Below are positions 13,005 through 25,100 of a stretch of DNA of 64,000 bases, piece by piece. The notes below the pieces were generated by a model. It was not told the origin of the DNA. It did not search any database and worked only from the letters and a program-made list of their open reading frames with translations. This DNA is from Octopus vulgaris (taxonomy: Eukaryota), in NCBI GenBank assembly GCA_951406725.2, contig OX597822.1, positions 58,900,001 through 58,964,000 on the forward strand, given 5' to 3'. The position numbers and the translations under genes were made by a program. Position 1 is the stretch's first letter, and each line of letters begins with the position of its first letter.

Positions 13005-14972
13005 AAATAATGGAGTCGTACCCAATGACTGGCGTAGCAGCACCATAGTCAACTGCTACAAGGGTAAAGGTGATGCTCTGGATAGAAATAACTACAGGGG
13101 TATCAAACTGCTGGATCAATTGATGAAGGTCATGGAGAGGGCCATAGCCCGTCTCTTTAGGGAGAGAGTCTGCTTAGATGAGATGCAGTTCAGTTTTGTG
13201 CCTGGCAGAAGCACCACTGATGCCATATTCATGGTTTGACAGCTGCAGGAGAAATACGTAATTAAAGATAAACCCCTATACTTAGCTTTCATTGACTTGG
13301 AGAAAGTCTTTGACAGGGTCCCCCGATCCCTTATCTGGTGGGTGATGCAGAAACTGGGGATTGACAAATGGTTAATAAGGGCTGTACAGGCCCTATACAG
13401 AGAGGCCGTTAGTAAGGTTAGGATTGGCAATGAGTATAGTGAAGAATTCCTGGTAGAAGTAGGGATCCACCAAGATTCAGCCCTCAGTCCCCTTTTATTC
13501 TTCATAGTCCTCCAGGCAATAACAGAGGAATTCAAGGCAGGTTGCCCCTGGGAGCTCCTCTATGCTGATGACCTGGCCCTCATAGCAGAATCACTACCAG
13601 AACTAGAGAAGAAATTTCTGGTCTGGTAGCAAAGACCAAAGTTCTAGTAAGTAGGAAGGTGAATACATCACACACACTTTCGATCTGTAGAAAAGGTGTA
13701 GGTAGAGACTCCATAAGATGTACCCAGTGTAAGCTATGGACACATAAGAGGTGCAGCAACATCAAAGGAAGATTAACTGAGAAGATAGCTTTCATGTATG
13801 GCAGATGCACAGGGGCAATAAACAGAAAACAGATTCCATCACACTCCAGCAGGGATAAACTAGAAGTAGTTGATAGCTTCTGCTACCTAGGTGACCAAGT
13901 TAGTAGTGGGGGTGGATGCTCAGAGTGTTACCACTAGAATAAGAATAGCCTGGGCAAAGTTTAGAAAGCTTCTACCCCTACTGGTGAAAAGGGCCTCTTG
14001 CTCAGAGTGAAAGGTAGATTGTACAATACATGTGTGCGAACTGTCATGCTTCACAGCAGTGAAACATGGGCCGTGACTGCGGAGGACATGTATAGGCTCG
14101 AAAGAAATGAAGTTAGCATGATCCGCTGGATGTATAAGGTCAGTGTGCACAGACGACAGTGTAAGTGCCCTGGAGAAATGTTGGACATAAGAAGCATAGG
14201 ATGTAGCGTGCAAGAGAGACGTTCACTCTGGTATGGTCATGTACTATGGATGGATGAGGAGAGAGGTGTGAAGAAGTGCCACTCCCAAACAGTTGAAGGA
14301 ATCTGGAGTAGAGGCAGACACAGGAAGACATGGGATGAGGTGGTCAAGCATGACCTTTGAATGTTAGGCTTCTCAGAGGCAATGACGAAAGACTGAGACC
14401 TGGAAATATACTGTGACTGCGAAGACCTGACAAATAATGTGAGTTCACAGCTGTATCCTACACCAGTTTTGCATAACCAGCCCCAGCCCATTCAAAAAAT
14501 CTTGGATCGTAGGGTGACCTGCTATGCTTGAGGATACCTATTGAGTCAAGTACATCAAAATGAAAATCAAATGGAAATTGTAGTTGTGATACTCGTGCCG
14601 GTGGCATGTAAAAAGCACCATCTGAACGTGGCCGATGCCAGCACCACCTTGACTGGCTTCTGTGTTGGTGACATGTAAAAAACACCCACTACACTCATGG
14701 AGTGGTTGGCACCAGGAAGGGCATCAAGCTGTAGAAACACTGCCAAATTAGACTGGAGCCTGGTGCAGCTTCCTGGCTTCCCAGACCCCGGTCAAACTGC
14801 CCAACCCATGCTAGCATGGAAAACGGTCGTTAAATGATAATGGTAAAGGTGGGTGCTGAGCTACAAAAAGTGACAGAGATTTAGCTATTTCTAACAGTTT
14901 AGGCTTGCATGGTAATTTCACTACGTGTTTGTTTGTTTCTAATGTTTGTATATATTTTTTATTTCTCTTTAG

Positions 14973-15149
14973 GCTGGGCCACCAGACACTAGTAAAATTC
15001 CAATAGCTGATGCAGTTGGTGTAACTGTTGTGTTGCTGACCTGTTCATACAAAAGTAAGGAATTTATCCGGGTTGGTTACTATGTTAATAATGAATACAG
15101 CGATCCTGAGCTGAAAGAAACACCTCCAGACATGCCAGTCTATGATAAG
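14973..15149 (+). CDS. ASF1: ASF1 coding exon 3
   Basis: Translates AGPPDTSKIPIADAVGVTVVLLTCSYKSKEFIRVGYYVNNEYSDPELKETPPDMPVYDK. Pyrimidine tract plus tag acceptor, AAG|gt donor; 177 nt, phase 0-0. Too short for the ORF track. Confidence 0.97.
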
Positions 15150-16505
15150 GTTGGTTTATTATGTACATTTATTTTTTTGTAATGTGACATGTATTTGTTT
15201 TCTGTTGAAAATGATATAAAATAATTTATTTCTGTATTGATATGAAAATTAAGTGGCTAAGTGAATTGAATGGTCAACCTCTCTCCTCACTCATCGAGAT
15301 ATTTCTCTCATGGTTGACATATTGACTGGTTTCCGTGATTGCACTGTGGCTATGCTGGGGCACTAACTTTAAGAGTTTTAGTGACACAACATAATTTGAG
15401 AGAGATTTAGCTGTTATTTCTAACAGACTAGCTATTTTGACCCGTGCTTCACTCGGGCTTTGGTGGTGGTGTTGTTTTGTGCATGTTGTCTCCTTTTCTC
15501 TTCTTTTGTTTGTCTTCTTTGCCTGGTTCTTTTTATTGCCCTCTTCATTTTCTTTTTTCTTTTTCTTCATCTTTATCTTCTTTAAAACTCAATTTTTCCC
15601 ATATTCCTCACCATGGCAAACAAACGGTATCCCCGAGCAACTTGCAACCCTCCTCACACTGTTGCTCACCCTATTTTACCCCCCCAGTGTAAATTTTGGT
15701 GCCAATCCAACCCCATCTACTACTCCTCAAATCGTTCCCATCCCAAAATGAGACAAATAACCAAGAAATCAAACAGCATTTCAGCTTTATAGATATTGAT
15801 GAAGCTTGCATGGTAATTTCACTACATGTATGTTTGTTTCTAATGTTGGTATATATTTTTATTTCTCTTGAGGCTGGGCCACCAGGCACTAGTAATCAAA
15901 TAGCTGTTACCTTTGACATGAAGGGATCCATCTTTACACAAACGCATATGACAAGCTTCTATATAGTATTGGTCAAGCTGTTTACACAGGTACCTCGTTG
16001 GAGAGAGCTGATTGCATCTTCCTCGGCCTGGAAAAACCAACAGGGACCACACTAGTGGGGGAAGAGTGCATTCCACTCAAAAGTCATTGCTGTAGCTACA
16101 ATAATTGGTCAGTGCTGTGCTGTATGACCAGAGACCCAAGACCATGTGGGTGCAAAGCTAACTTAAACAGATGTGGTTGTGTAGTAAGAAGTTTGCTTTC
16201 CAACTACATGGTCCTAGGTTCAGTCCCATTGCATGGTACTTTGGGCATGTGTCTTCTATTATAGTGTTGAGTCAACCAAAACTTTGGGTGAAAAGAAACT
16301 GACAGAAGCCGGTCACGTGTGTATGTGTCATTTGATACAGTAGGGTACAAATGCATTTTTTGACACTAATTATGGGTTTATATCATTTGTTTTCAACTAG
16401 GTAGAGCAGGGTGGTGTAGTATTATCATCCTGAAGTTTTAATATATTTACTGTAGCAAAGTTTTATTTATTCCATTTTTTTTTTCTTCCTCTTTTCCTCT
16501 TCTAG

Positions 16506-16724
16506 TTACAACGTAATATTTTGGCAACATGTCCAAGGGTGACCCGGTTCAAGATTGACTGGGATGACAATCAAGACAGTGAGAATATTCCTCCTATGCA
16601 GAACACAGACACCGAATCCAATCAAATGTACGACGAGAAGTCAAATGATGAACTCTTGAAACCCATGCCAGGTTTCCATGACGATAGTAATAGTATGAGA
16701 ATGGAGACAGAGTTAGTGACATAG
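16506..16724 (+). CDS. ASF1: ASF1 terminal coding exon 4
   Basis: Long pyrimidine tract plus tag, then LQRNILATCPRVTRFKIDWDD (ASF1 domain end) and an acidic tail to TAG at 16722-16724. Confidence 0.95.
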   Translation, partial: LQRNILATCPRVTRFKIDWDDNQDSENIPPMQNTDTESNQMYDEKSNDELLKPMPGFHDDSNSMRMETELVT

Positions 16725-19700
16725 TCTGTTACTGTTTTCCTCTCTGTCTTCATCCTACCTCATCCTCCATTTCTTTTGCAGGTTTTAACAATTTTTTTTT
16801 TTTTCCTTCAACTTCTTGAAAGTTAAAATTCTTTCCAATTCCATCAGTGCCAAATGTGTGTCCATTTAATGCCTCACCGAAAAGTAATACCTGGGGTTTA
16901 GTTAAATGACTCTAGCTGCCATCCTCCTTGTGTTAATCATCAAGTATCTTTGATTTCAGTATTGGTTCAAGCATAAACTCTTGTCTCTTTTTGATGTTGA
17001 TAAAGTTTGGTGCAACACTTCAAGGTACAGCTGTCTCTCTCTCTCTCTCTCTCTCTTTCCATCTTCATTTTCTATTCATTGTTAACATAACGAACAAATT
17101 TGAGCAGTCAGTTAATACATAAGTCATTTAGATGCACCTTTCACTTATAATCCTTGCTTGTCTCAATTTTGTTTTACATACTTCTGTAATAGAATGAAAT
17201 GCTAAAATGCTTAAGTTGGTTGATAGATACTGTGTTCTTCAACTAAATTTCCCTAATTGTGGCCCATACTAGAGCTGTTATATTCCTCATCTAATCACTA
17301 AAAAAACTATCAAATGGGGTGAGTTTGTTGCATTTGCAATTGTTTACATTGATATATTGACAATTTAGGTCTTTATATTGTTTAAATAATTTGTAACTTT
17401 GTGTTCCACAACATGCATACGTCACATATTCTGCCTTTTGTAGGTTCCACTCTGTTGTCACTCAGGACATGTATATTTTTATACACATAATTTATGTCCA
17501 GCCTGAGGGGTATGATGATGATGATATATATCAGTTTGATTTTGAAGTTCGCTTTGCAATCACAATGTTTCCAGGTTCAATCCCACTGCATGGCTGTGGT
17601 TGGTCAAAATCTTGAGATTGGCAGTCTGTTGGATGCATGGTATTCATGAATCAGAAGCCTGATCTTGTCTTTCACAGTACCATGCAGATTCTGCCTGAGG
17701 GTTACAAATGTCTGTGAAATACTCAATCACTTAAATTTTAAGTAGGTTGTTCAATTAATGCAAGTTTACTTTGGGGTGGAGTGTCATTTTTGCATTTGTG
17801 TAAGAATGAGAAAGCTTTTTCTCGGTTGTTAAATTTTGCCATATGATTGAGTTACTTAGTCTCTTAACTAACTTTTTGTGTCAAGTCTTAATTATATGTA
17901 TATATAGTGTCAAACTAAGATCTAAATCTACACACTTGTAGTACTTGATTACTTTAATCTGTAGACATGCAGTGGGATTACATCTTTAATATATTGGTTA
18001 TATTGTAAGGAATAAAGTAAGAATTTATGAACAGTTATCACAGTTATATTGTAAGGAATAAAGTAAAATTTTATGTAGTTATCACATATGATATAATTAC
18101 ATTAAATATTTGTTAACATCAGTTTCTGTTTAAGGTTTATTATTAATAGAATATTAGTGGTACTTATGTTATTGACCTTGTATCAAATGAAAGCAATTAG
18201 GCTTAGATGGATTTAAACTTTGGTGCACTAGAAAGATGCTTTTTTTTTTCTGGTCAATGTCAAATGCGTACTGTTACTTAAGTACTAAGATGTTCAATTC
18301 AAGTCAAAGTACTACATGTCTCTTTCAGAGTCCTTTTACTACTACCAACTGCAGTAAGGCTGCTTTGTCAGTGTGCCATCAAACTTGTTAAAGTTTGAGG
18401 TGTGTCTTGTCCTATACTTGTTTCTTGGTACAAGACTGTCTTTTTAGTCACAGCAGCTAAAGGGCAGCAACCAAATATACCTTAGTGAAAATGTTTATCT
18501 TCAAGAAATATTTTTGTGCATCTAATTTCAGTTTTGTAAATTATAATTATGGAATCTACCATCTTGTTTTTTATTTTTAGATAATGAGCAATTTGTTGCA
18601 AAATATAGTTGATCAGAATGCATGCATGTTTAAATTACAGAATCATTAACTTCATATAATGTGAAAATAGCTTTTAAAGAAGGGAAGGGGTTTGGAGGGG
18701 GAGGGTCAGTGATTAAAATTTTAAAACCAGCTGTTGGAGTTTTAATGTAATTCTAATTTTATTTTTCTCTCATCTGTCATTAAGGATTAGTGAGGTTGTG
18801 GGGTTAAGATGTTCAACTATTATTGATTCATATGGTTCCGATTTCAATTCTGGCTATAGCCATTGTGTTGTTGAAATAAATTACTGATTTGCTCTGCTTT
18901 GTAACCATAGCCAACTGTATTTATTATGGACATGCCATCTCTGAAATATGGAAGTTCAGTGTGTGGTCTTCATTTATAAACTACAGTACCTGTTGTGGAG
19001 ATCTAGCTGTTATACCAGCAATAACTGTTTAGAAACCCCTCTTTGTCAGCTATTGTATCACAACTCAAGGCTTGTATTAACTAGCAACAGTAATACTGAA
19101 GACATCTGAGTGTTTTAGCTAAGTGCAAATATTTAAACTTACAAAGTTTTTTCACTGAAGCAAAAGTAGTAAAATGGACATGAAATGGTGGAGAGGTGTA
19201 TTATATAAAAACACACACATATTATTGCAAATAACTCTAATTACGTCTGCAAGTGTGAATGTTTTGTAGTGGGTAAAATAGTTAACAAATAATTGGACCA
19301 AGTTTGTGTGGTGAGTGTGTTGAAATCATAGTGGTATCTCTTAAAAAGACACTCCTAGTTATCTGGCCTTAGCTGAACTAAAGATGGAACCTTTGTTTGG
19401 GTGCTCAACTAGTTAAAAACAATTAAATATCACTTGAATCCTACCATATCATTTTGGAAAAGTAAATACGCAGTAAGTAGTGTAGCCCCCTCATATACAA
19501 AAAGATGGGATGTTCATTGCTAGAACATTCTTGTCCATAAGTTTGCTCAATCAGGACTGTCCCTGGGCTAAATATCATATAGTTTCAGTTGAAGCAAGAA
19601 AGGAACTTCTAACTTGCTAGAAGTAGCCATATTTATGAAATGCTAAGTAGAAGGTTGGGATATCCTTAAAACAAAGATCTGTATGGTTTAGGTTGACTTG

Positions 19701-22115
19701 AGCTAATGGTTGCTACTAGCTTCAGTTTATCTAGAGAATAACTCCCTGGTTATTTGGAGAAGCTATCTACAGTTGATTAATTAGCCTGTTTATGATTCAC
19801 ACTGAGTTGAACATTACGGTGAACTAAACAGCAGAAAATCTTCAGAGACCCCATGCGAGTGTTTTGACCCTTAATCCTTTACATTGTAGAGGGCTAAGTC
19901 ACATTCAGGTCATGACTCCTGGATACCCTTTGACTTTCTGTATCAATGTAGCCCTCCAGATGGTTAGGGTGCCCCAGATCCAAACATTGGTGTTGCAACC
20001 AGTTTATATGAAAATGCCAGTTGACTCTTTGGTGAATTATGCCTTTTGAAATTCTCTTCTATTCTTCCTTGACCAGATCCACTTGGAACTGTATTTAATT
20101 ACTTCTTTCTCCCAGAAATTAAGAGCTGCTTCTTGAGACCATTTGCCAATTTACTCACAAACCCTCTTGCACCACTTCTGTGGTGAGTACTTGAAAAAGC
20201 AATTACATAGCAGTCCTTTTATAAAATACTGATGATTAACAAAGCTTGATGTAGGTGTGAAGAATGAAATTTCAACCAAGGTGCATTTGATTTACTGATT
20301 TTTATTTTAATGGTTTTATGAAAAATGGTGGGTTTTTTTTTAATAATCTGTTGGCTCTCACATGAGCTATGAAAATTTTGTTGCGTTTTGTTATTTTTTT
20401 CTGTGATCCTTTTGGGCTGGCACACTGATCACTTAGGTGATATGATTATGGTACACTAGAACATTGTTTCCTATATTTTATAATTTTTTCTCCCCACACA
20501 TCACACTAAGTTAGTAAAATTTTAATTTGCAAAACAGAAGGTTCTGAACGATCTACCGGTGGCTCATGGGTGAAAAAAAAACCCCACTGTCTGTGTCTTC
20601 CCTTACCTCACACGTATAGTGCAAAAATGTGGCGCTCATATTGAAATTAAAATATATTGGGATCTTTGGATATAAAACGAGGCTTGAGAGCCAATGTGTT
20701 GATCTCTTCATGCAATTTTCACATCTCGACAGTTAAAAATTACCAATTAATTCCAAATTTTTTTTTTTTTTTTTAATAGAAAGACCAACCATAGGGCCAT
20801 GTCTAGATGATACTTTTATGCTATGAATGCAGTTTTTTTTTTTTTCCCCCCAGAAGGATGCAGTCCAGATTTTTATGGACTACTGAATGGGATTAGGTTT
20901 GAAGATGGGCTCAGCTGGTTTATACCAAATGAAATATTACTGGGATGAGAATGAAAAAGTATTCTGCAATTTTCATTTCATGAGAGTTACTGTACAACCA
21001 CTATCCATTTTCATATGTATATACACACTTGGAGCTGATTATTCACTTTGTTACTTATTAGTTTGTTGTGTTAAGAATCACAAGATGTGAAACTGAAAAG
21101 TGGTGACTTGAATCATCAGCTTTTCACAAATTGACTCTACATCGTGCATTGAGTACTATACATATATGTATCTTAGATAATTTCCCCCACTCTCTTTCTA
21201 TGTATACCTTGGTCTTGGGAGCAATTATAATTATTTTTACATCCTCTTGACCCCTAAATCATAAATGGTAGAATCCGTTTTATATCAGTCAAATAATCTG
21301 GGCTAAGCAGAGTTACGTACCTTGCTCATTGCAGCACAACATGATGGTTTGTGTAGTAGCAACAAGGTTTGAACTCCTTACCTTGTGGTTCAATACTCTT
21401 AGCACCTTAACATCACTACATTGATGAGGATGGTTTCAAAGTTATGCAAAAAAAACATGGAGTACACACAATACCTAAATATTGTGTCCTATTTCTAATT
21501 ATAAAATATTCTATTGCCACAACTCCCTCCTCATTTAACAATGATGACCATCACCATTATATCACTTAGTTATTCCTCATGTTTTTACAACTATATTTCA
21601 CCTGGCTATTATTTGTATATTTTCACAATTGTATATGTCTTGAAACTATTGTGTGTGCGTGTTTTTTTTTTTTACTCCTATTTTAAAATTTCATTTTAAA
21701 ATATTCTGACATATATCTTTAAATATGCTGCTTTCTGAAGCAGCTTTTAAATTTAGTCAGATTGTAAGTGGTGGACATTCTCATTTGTGGTTTGAAAACT
21801 TCATTGCATAATCTATAGGCAATAAGGTCTGTCACTGTTCTTCTCAATGACTCTCTCTCTCTCTTTCTCTGTTTCTCATACAGCCACACGCACATTAACA
21901 TAATGAACTTGGTTTATAATTTGCATGTGTGTGTCTTTGTTATACTATATTTCCTTGTCTTAAAAATAGTTGAAGTTCTGAGGTGGTTTAAATAATCCTG
22001 TCTTTGGAGACAAGGGAGGTGAGATGTGTCGTTTTTATAGTGAACCTTACCTTGCTGGTTCACTGTTGTGGCTTCTGTTTCGTTAATGTGAACATTTATT
22101 TATGTAAAATATGTA

Positions 22116-22121
22116 AATAAA
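22116..22121 (+). promoter_or_regulatory. Candidate distal polyadenylation signal of ASF1
   Basis: AATAAA preceded by TGTA motifs and followed by a T-rich tract at ~22135-22160. Full-length SINEs resume just downstream. Confidence 0.45.
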
Positions 22122-25100
22122 ATTCTAAAAAATCTTTCTCTTTTTTTTTTTTCATTCTTGTTAACATTCCATCATACACATGCTAATGCAGTCTTAGTTT
22201 GTCATGTATGTTGTTACATTTGTTATGATGACATATAACAAAACCATTACATGACCTAAGCTAAAGCTTTTAAACTTGTCTTGGATGCTTCAAAGATCAA
22301 TATCTGTAACTTATCCTAAGTGTTCCCTGATTTGCCACAGACAATTGCATAAGAGATACCAATATTACAGTTTACATGAAGCAGTGAGCTGACAGAATAA
22401 TTAGCATGCTGGGCAAAATGACTTAGCAGCATTTCGTCTGTCTTTGTGTTTTGAGTTCAAATTTTGCTGAGGTCGACTTTGCCTTTTGTCTTTTTGGGCC
22501 TTGATAAAATAAGTACCAGTTTAGCACAGGGGTTGATGTAATCAGTCTACCCCACTTTCCAGACTTACTGACCTTGTGCCAAAATTTGAAACTGATATTA
22601 ATAAAATTTACACGAAGCACTAAAAGTGCATAACTTCGACCTTATTAACAATTTTAACGTCTGCTTTTCCATGCTGACATGGGTTGGATGGAATTTGCTG
22701 AGGTGGATTTTCTGCAGCAGGATGCCCTGCCTGTCACCAACTCTCACTTGTTTCCAAGTATTTTTTCCCTTGTCCTGATTTTTTTTTCATGGATGATTGG
22801 AAATGAAGGATACCACTTGCATGATAGTGACATTGCCACACAAGTCTGAGAGACAGTAACATACATGTGCTCATATGTGATAGTTTTTTTTCTTCTCAAT
22901 TTCCATTACCAAATCCACTAACAAAGCTTGGAGTTGGCCTGGTGTTATATAGAAGGCATTTGCCCAACGTGCCACACAGTGGGACTGAACTTGAAACCAT
23001 GTACTTGGGAAGTAAATTTTTTACCACACAGGCATGACTGTGCCTAAACAATTGTTGAAATTATTGATTTTAAATTTTGGCACAAGGCCAGCAATTTCGG
23101 GTGGGGTAAATCGATTTACATTGACTCCAGTGATAAACTGGTACCTGTTTTATTTATCCCAAACAGAGGCAAAGTTGACCTCAATGGAATTTGAACTCAG
23201 AATGTAAAGATAGGTGCAGGTGTCGCTGTGTGATAAGCTTGCTTCCCAACCACATGGTTCTGGGTTCAATCTCACTGTGAGGCACCTTAGGCAAGTGTTT
23301 TCACTATAGCCTCTGGCTGACCAAAACTTTGTGAGTGGATTTGGTTGACAGAAACTGAAAGAAGCCTGTTTATATATCTTTGTCCCCTCACCACTGATTG
23401 ACAACCGGTGTTGGAGTGTTTGCATCCTTATAACTTAGCAGTTCAGCAAGAGATTGACAGAATAAGTTCCAGGCTTAAAAAAAAAGTACTAGGGTTGATT
23501 AAAAAAAATTCAAGGCAGTGCCCCAGCATGGCTGCAGTCTAATGACTGAAACAAGTTAAAGATAAGTGAAATACCTATTTCTTTACTACCCACAAGGGGC
23601 TAAACATAGAGTGGACAAACAAGGACAGATAAAGGGATTAAGTCGATTACAACGACCCTAGGGTGTAACTGGTACTTTATCGACCCCGAAAGGAAAGGTG
23701 AAGTCGACCTCAGCAGAATTTGAACTCACAATGTAACGACAGACGAAATACCCATTTCTTTACTACGCACAAGGGACTAAACACAGAGAAGACAGACAAA
23801 CGGATTAAGTCGATTATATCGACCCCAGTGCGTAACTGGTACTTATTTAATTGACCCCGAAAAGATGAAAGGCAAAGTTGACCTCAGTGGAATTTGAACT
23901 CAGAACGTAGCAGCAGACGAAATACTGCTAAGCATTTTGACTGGAATGCTTAGGATTCTGCCAGCTCACTGCCTTACAGTTGTTGAAAATATTAATCATA
24001 ATACTTCACACAGTGAAAGGCCATAACCACTTCTTATCACACAAAAACTATACCACAACCATTTGAAGGCAATTGAATGACCACATGAAAATCTGAAAGC
24101 AATATGAAACATACAAACAACCCTACCTCTCTCTTTCACACACACTAAAACCACACTGGGTAAACTCAGAACCATTAAATTCCACACCACATAAACTCCA
24201 AACACATTAAGCATCTTAACCTTTTGGGTGGCTTAACGTATGACACCACACTCTTTCCTATGCAACTGGATAGACAACTTGTCAGTAGGTGAGACTAAGC
24301 TCGATTGGTGAACCCCCTGTCAGAATGGGAAGCTAATAATACAGTGCAATTGTTGGTTTTTCATCTGTTGTAAGATGTGACGAGAATGAGACAGTTGTCA
24401 GCATATTGTTCAAGCCAAACTCAATCTTGTTCAGACAGATCTATGTTAATGGAATTCCAACCATAACTACCTTGTCCTTGTTCCAGTCTGAGTGTATCTA
24501 AGACCACATTCTATGGTCCTTGTTTACAAAAAATGTGATTTAAAATAGATTTGGTTGTTGTTTCTAGGAGCTCAAGTGACCACATAGGCAAATGAATGAA
24601 ATACCTCCACATCTTAAATTTGTTGGCATGAGGCTGACAGTTTAAGTGGGGTGGGATGGTGTTTTGACATGCCTTTCTAAAAATAAAGTTGCATAATTGA
24701 AGCTAGCAGTACTTACGGAAATTCCATGGTTATTTTGAAAACTATAGATTGTTGGAAGCTTATAGAGAACTATGAATTGCACAATTTCTAATGTAACGCT
24801 GTTTTTTTTTTAACTGAAGTGTTTGAATATTAAGATAGGGTAAAGACCATATAGATCATCCTGAAAATGCAATCTTCAGAGAAAATTCTTTATCGTACAC
24901 TTGTTATCTCTCCTATATTAAAACTCAGGTCAGATATAGGGCCATGCGCTGTTGCAGCATGTCAGCATTTTAACTCCTGCTGACCACCTAACACTTTAAT
25001 TCAAACAAGACATAAACACTAGAACAAATTCATTAACTTCAGTTCTAGCACCGCTGCTCCGCAGGGTCTGAATGCATGCTTCAATGTCCTTTCATTCTGC

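Larger units (their letters stand above)
12330..14840 (+). mobile_element. 5'-truncated, frameshifted RTE-clade non-LTR retrotransposon
   Basis: RT motifs NNYRGIKLL, STTDAIF, DLEKVFDRVP, GIHQDSALSPLLF, LLYADDL; C-terminal KGRLYNTCVRTVMLHSSETW and WYGHVL; 3'UTR ending ...gttaaatgataatg. Confidence 0.93.

Noticed and set aside
17997-18086. 46-bp tandem duplication (similar small ones at ~28900 and ~63090)
   Set aside because: Ordinary slippage duplications with no further structure.
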